This document shows, one piece after another, positions 60,590 through 64,000 of a stretch of 64,000 bases of DNA (its first letter is position 1; every line of letters begins with the position of its first letter). Under the pieces are notes generated by a model. The model saw only the letters and a list, made by a program, of their open reading frames with translations, did not search any database and was not told where the DNA came from. The position numbers and the translations under genes were made by a program. Source of the stretch: Nemertoderma westbladi (lineage: Eukaryota > Animalia > Xenacoelomorpha); contig JAUCBJ010002550.1 of NCBI GenBank assembly GCA_032718475.1, positions 1 to 64,000 on the forward strand, read 5' to 3'.

Positions 60590-62915
60590 ATGACTATGAC
60601 TTAAATTTTAGTGATGTTTTAAAAGAAGGGATTAACCTGTTTGTACCGTTCAGAACACCAAAAAATACTAGTAAAAAAGTTATCCAATTTATGTAAAACG
60701 TCTACAACGTGTCAAAAAGCTGCTGTGGAGACACCGCCACACAGCATCTGGTATGCGAGAATATAAGAATGCGGCGCAAGCCGCCTCTAAAGCGGCCTAC
60801 CGGGCAACCTGCGAGAAAGAAACCAAAATATTGAATTCTGGTGACAGAAATCACATATTTAAGTACCTAAACTCGAAACGCAAAAACAAATCCGGTGTTG
60901 GTCCGTTGAATTACAAGGGCGACACGATTGTAGACGATAAAATTAAAGCCAAAATTCTAAGTGAAGTTCTCTCCGAAAACTTCACTGAAGATAATAACTC
61001 GGTTCCAATATTTACACGTAAAGTTGGTAACAATGTTAATTTGTCTAGTGTTGGTTTCAGCCCAGTTAATGTGTTAGTTATGCTAAATAAGCTCGCGTCT
61101 AAAAAGAGTAGGACCCCTGATGGATTGCCAGCAATTTTATTTGTTAAACTAGCGTGTTGTATAGCAGCCCCATTATCAGCAATCTTTCGAGTATCATTCG
61201 AAACGCACGCATTACCATCTGTCTGGCTGACGGCCAACATAATACCAACGTTCAAAAAAGGCGATCCGTCAGATCCTTATAACTATCGGCCTATATCCCT
61301 TATCTGTATTGCTTGTAAACTCATGGAAATGCGCATTAAACAGGTTTTAATAGATTATTTATTTTCTCATAAATTAATAAGTAGGGCACAACACGGTTTT
61401 TTACATCGTAAATCCACCTGTACTCAAATGCTAGAATGTGTTACTGATTGGTTCAATTTAATTGATAAACGACAGAACCTGGACATTATATATATAGACT
61501 TTGCAAAAGCCTTTGATTCGGTAGTTCACTCTAAATTACTACCAAAGCTCACTAGCTACGGTGTATACGGAGATCTGTTTTTATGGATACGTGCATTTCT
61601 ATGTAATAGAACCCAAAATGTACTTGTAGGTACCGAATCATCGGACTACTGTGTAGTTACATCGGGAACTATTCAGGGCAGTGTCTTGGGCCAGTATTGT
61701 TTCTTTTATTTATTAATGATTTACCTGATGCATTGTTACCTGTATGTAATAAACTATTTGCTGATGACCTTAAGCTTTATGCACCGGAGGAAGATTGTGA
61801 TTCTCTAGCCTCAGCCCTTCAAAACTTGGAAGACTGGACTAGAAAATGGCAACTAACAGTAGCGGCGCACAAATGCTCGGTTGTTTACGTAGGTGGAAAT
61901 AATAATAAATTTGTTTATAATTTAAATGGTGCAGTGCTTAAATCAGTTACCTACTGTAAGGATCTAGGTTTAATCGTGTGTACGGACCTCAAATTTGATA
62001 AATACTGTAGGGAACAAGTTGCAAAAGCGTACAAAATACTGAACTGGATATTTCGTAGTGTACTGACAGCTAATATTAAAGCCCTGCTAACAGCATACAA
62101 GACTCTGGTAAGACCGTTGCTGGAATATTGCACACCCATATGGTCCGGTCCCCTTTCACAAAAAAAAGTATTGACCTTGTTGAGAAAGTACAACGGTACT
62201 TTACCAGACGATTGTACGCTCGCTGCAAACTGCCGTATGTCAGTTACCTCAATCGCATACAGTATCTATCTGTGCAACCGTTAGAGGTGCGTAGAATTAT
62301 TTTCGACCTCAAAATGTTGTATCGTATAAAGCATGGTTTAGTAGATATAGATTTCAATAAGATGTTCACAAGTGCCCCAAGTGCTGGTCTACGTGGTCAT
62401 AATCATAAACTGTATGTTCCCCAATGTAGACTTCAAATCTGTAAGCATTCATTTTCTCACCGTGTTGTGCCCGTATGGAACTGTTGATGCCAAAAGTATA
62501 AATATTTTCTCCGTGCAATTATTAAAAACGGACTTACTTACCCACGCAAAATTCACTCGTTGATTCCAGTTTTTTTGCTTTACTTTTTTTTATTTTTATT
62601 TCATTTTCGATCATCACCATTTTTTATATTAATCACTATGTATACAATTATTCACACCCATAAGTGCCCTGAGCCTGGGTGGTTCTCTCCCACGACCACT
62701 TGTTTTAGCTACCGACAACTACAGTACATTACTTTTTACATGTCCGTGTTTTATTTTTATTCGTTTTGCTGTTTACCTTATGTACAAGTTACTTAACTAA
62801 TGTTGTGTTTGTTTGACCGATTGTTTTATTCGTGTATTGTGTATTGTATTGTGTAATGTTCTGTTTTTAACTACTTGATCCCTCGTGTAAATAAATAAAT
62901 AAATAAATAAATAAA
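60590..62915 (+). mobile_element. 5'-truncated CR1-clade LINE with frameshifted RT and (TAAA)n tail
   Basis: ORF pieces 60753-61808, 61697-62284 and 62128-62487 give NYRPISL, QHGF, YIDFAKAFDSV, QGSVLG, FADDLK, KDLG, VRPLLEY, EKVQR, LRGH..KL, FSHRVV..WN. Tail at 62888-62915. Left boundary is approximate. Confidence 0.88.
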
Positions 62916-63439
62916 CATACAGACTGACAGACTTACCAGACAGCCAGAATCAGAGATTGTACCGGTACCGTATTGTAATATTAATATTTAATGTACTGAT
63001 GTAGGCCTAGGCCTAATTCTGTAATATCATAATAATGCTGGAATGTTGTACCTAATTATTAACTACTGAAATAACAATAGGCCTATCTTAATAGATTGCA
63101 TATTAGGCTTGACTGTCAGACTGTTGATCGAAGGTTGGATTGGAATTGGTGATAGCAGGATAGGGGAAGCCACTATCTGACTATACAGCTATACCTTTAT
63201 ACGGTACGTCTGTACGTCAGTACGTTGATTCTCATCCAGTCATCGTGCATTTACAGATTTATTTGTGTATGCTGCAGTGCTGCAGTGCTGATAGTTGCGT
63301 TACCAGGTTCCCGTTTGCCGTTCCCAGTGCCCAGCTCAGCACCCAGTCCAGTAATTACCAGGGTCGCGTCTACACTGACGTGACAGGAATGGCTAAATTG
63401 TAATAATAAATATAAACGATTATTTCTGCATTTACAAAT

Positions 63440-63574
63440 ATGCCGGGTTTAGAGGAACAAGCCATTGTTTGGGCTCCACATCAAACAGATGGATATCAGC
63501 TTGGAAAAGTCACTGATATTGGAACAAACACCATCACTGTGGATCCTTTCGAGATGCCAGGAGGAATATATTGT
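63440..63574 (+). CDS. Myo6: First coding exon of an unconventional myosin VI
   Basis: Translates as MPGLEEQAIVWAPHQTDGYQLGKVTDIGTNTITVDPFEMPGGIYC, matching the myosin VI N-terminus as I recall it ([27 protein letters not shown]). Followed by a consensus donor GTAAGT (63575-63580), phase 0. Too short for the ORF track. Confidence 0.85.
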
Positions 63575-64000
63575 GTAAGTTTACAGTTTAACGCATAACG
63601 GGATATACCGGTACCAGTCATCCAGTATACTGATATCTGGATGACAGTCAGAGTTTATGGTTTATATTGCCTGATTGCTGTATCAGTGTGTTGCATGGTG
63701 CATGGTGTTAGAATCTGGAATCCTGGAATCAGAAGGTACCGGTACGATCAGACGATTAGGGAGTAAGTAAGATGTTTAATGTTTAATGTTTAATAGTTTG
63801 GGTATAAGAAAGCTAATGCTTATGGAACCCGTACACACCAAAAGAAAGTCCAACTGAAAGTAATTATAACAGTACCGGTAAGTAATTAAGTATTGCGACC
63901 AATACCGACCATGTTTACGAAACAATGACAAAAACATATATAAAACAATTGGAACATAAAAGGACACAGTTAAATTAAAATAGTGTTCTTATAAAAATGG

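Overview
Repeat-dominated window from an animal (invertebrate-type) genome, with no prokaryotic features. Positions 1-21504 and 41825-41967 are one 37-42 bp satellite array. It carries a 5'-truncated RTE LINE (14-bp TSD) and a 20.3-kb BEL/Pao LTR retrotransposon (21505-41824, 5-bp TSD ATAAT). This BEL element is the most unusual object here. It has 1906-bp LTRs ending TA...TA instead of TG...CA, and a tRNA-derived Pol III cassette inside the LTR. It has no TGG-type PBS; instead the 11 nt after the 5' LTR are complementary to a sequence inside its own LTR, which suggests self-priming. A third ORF after integrase encodes three CCHC knuckles, and a 17-bp hairpin-forming motif occurs seven times along the element. 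Its 3' LTR is interrupted in the tRNA A-box by a 3.8-kb TIR-less insertion (Dada-like target), which itself contains a Mutator-like MITE. Downstream are a 68-bp minisatellite, a nest of three more LTR elements (a BEL and a Gypsy inside a decayed BEL), RTE and CR1-type LINE fragments, and the first coding exon of a myosin VI gene (63440-63574). All comparisons were made by eye; family assignments rest on recognised motifs, not database searches.
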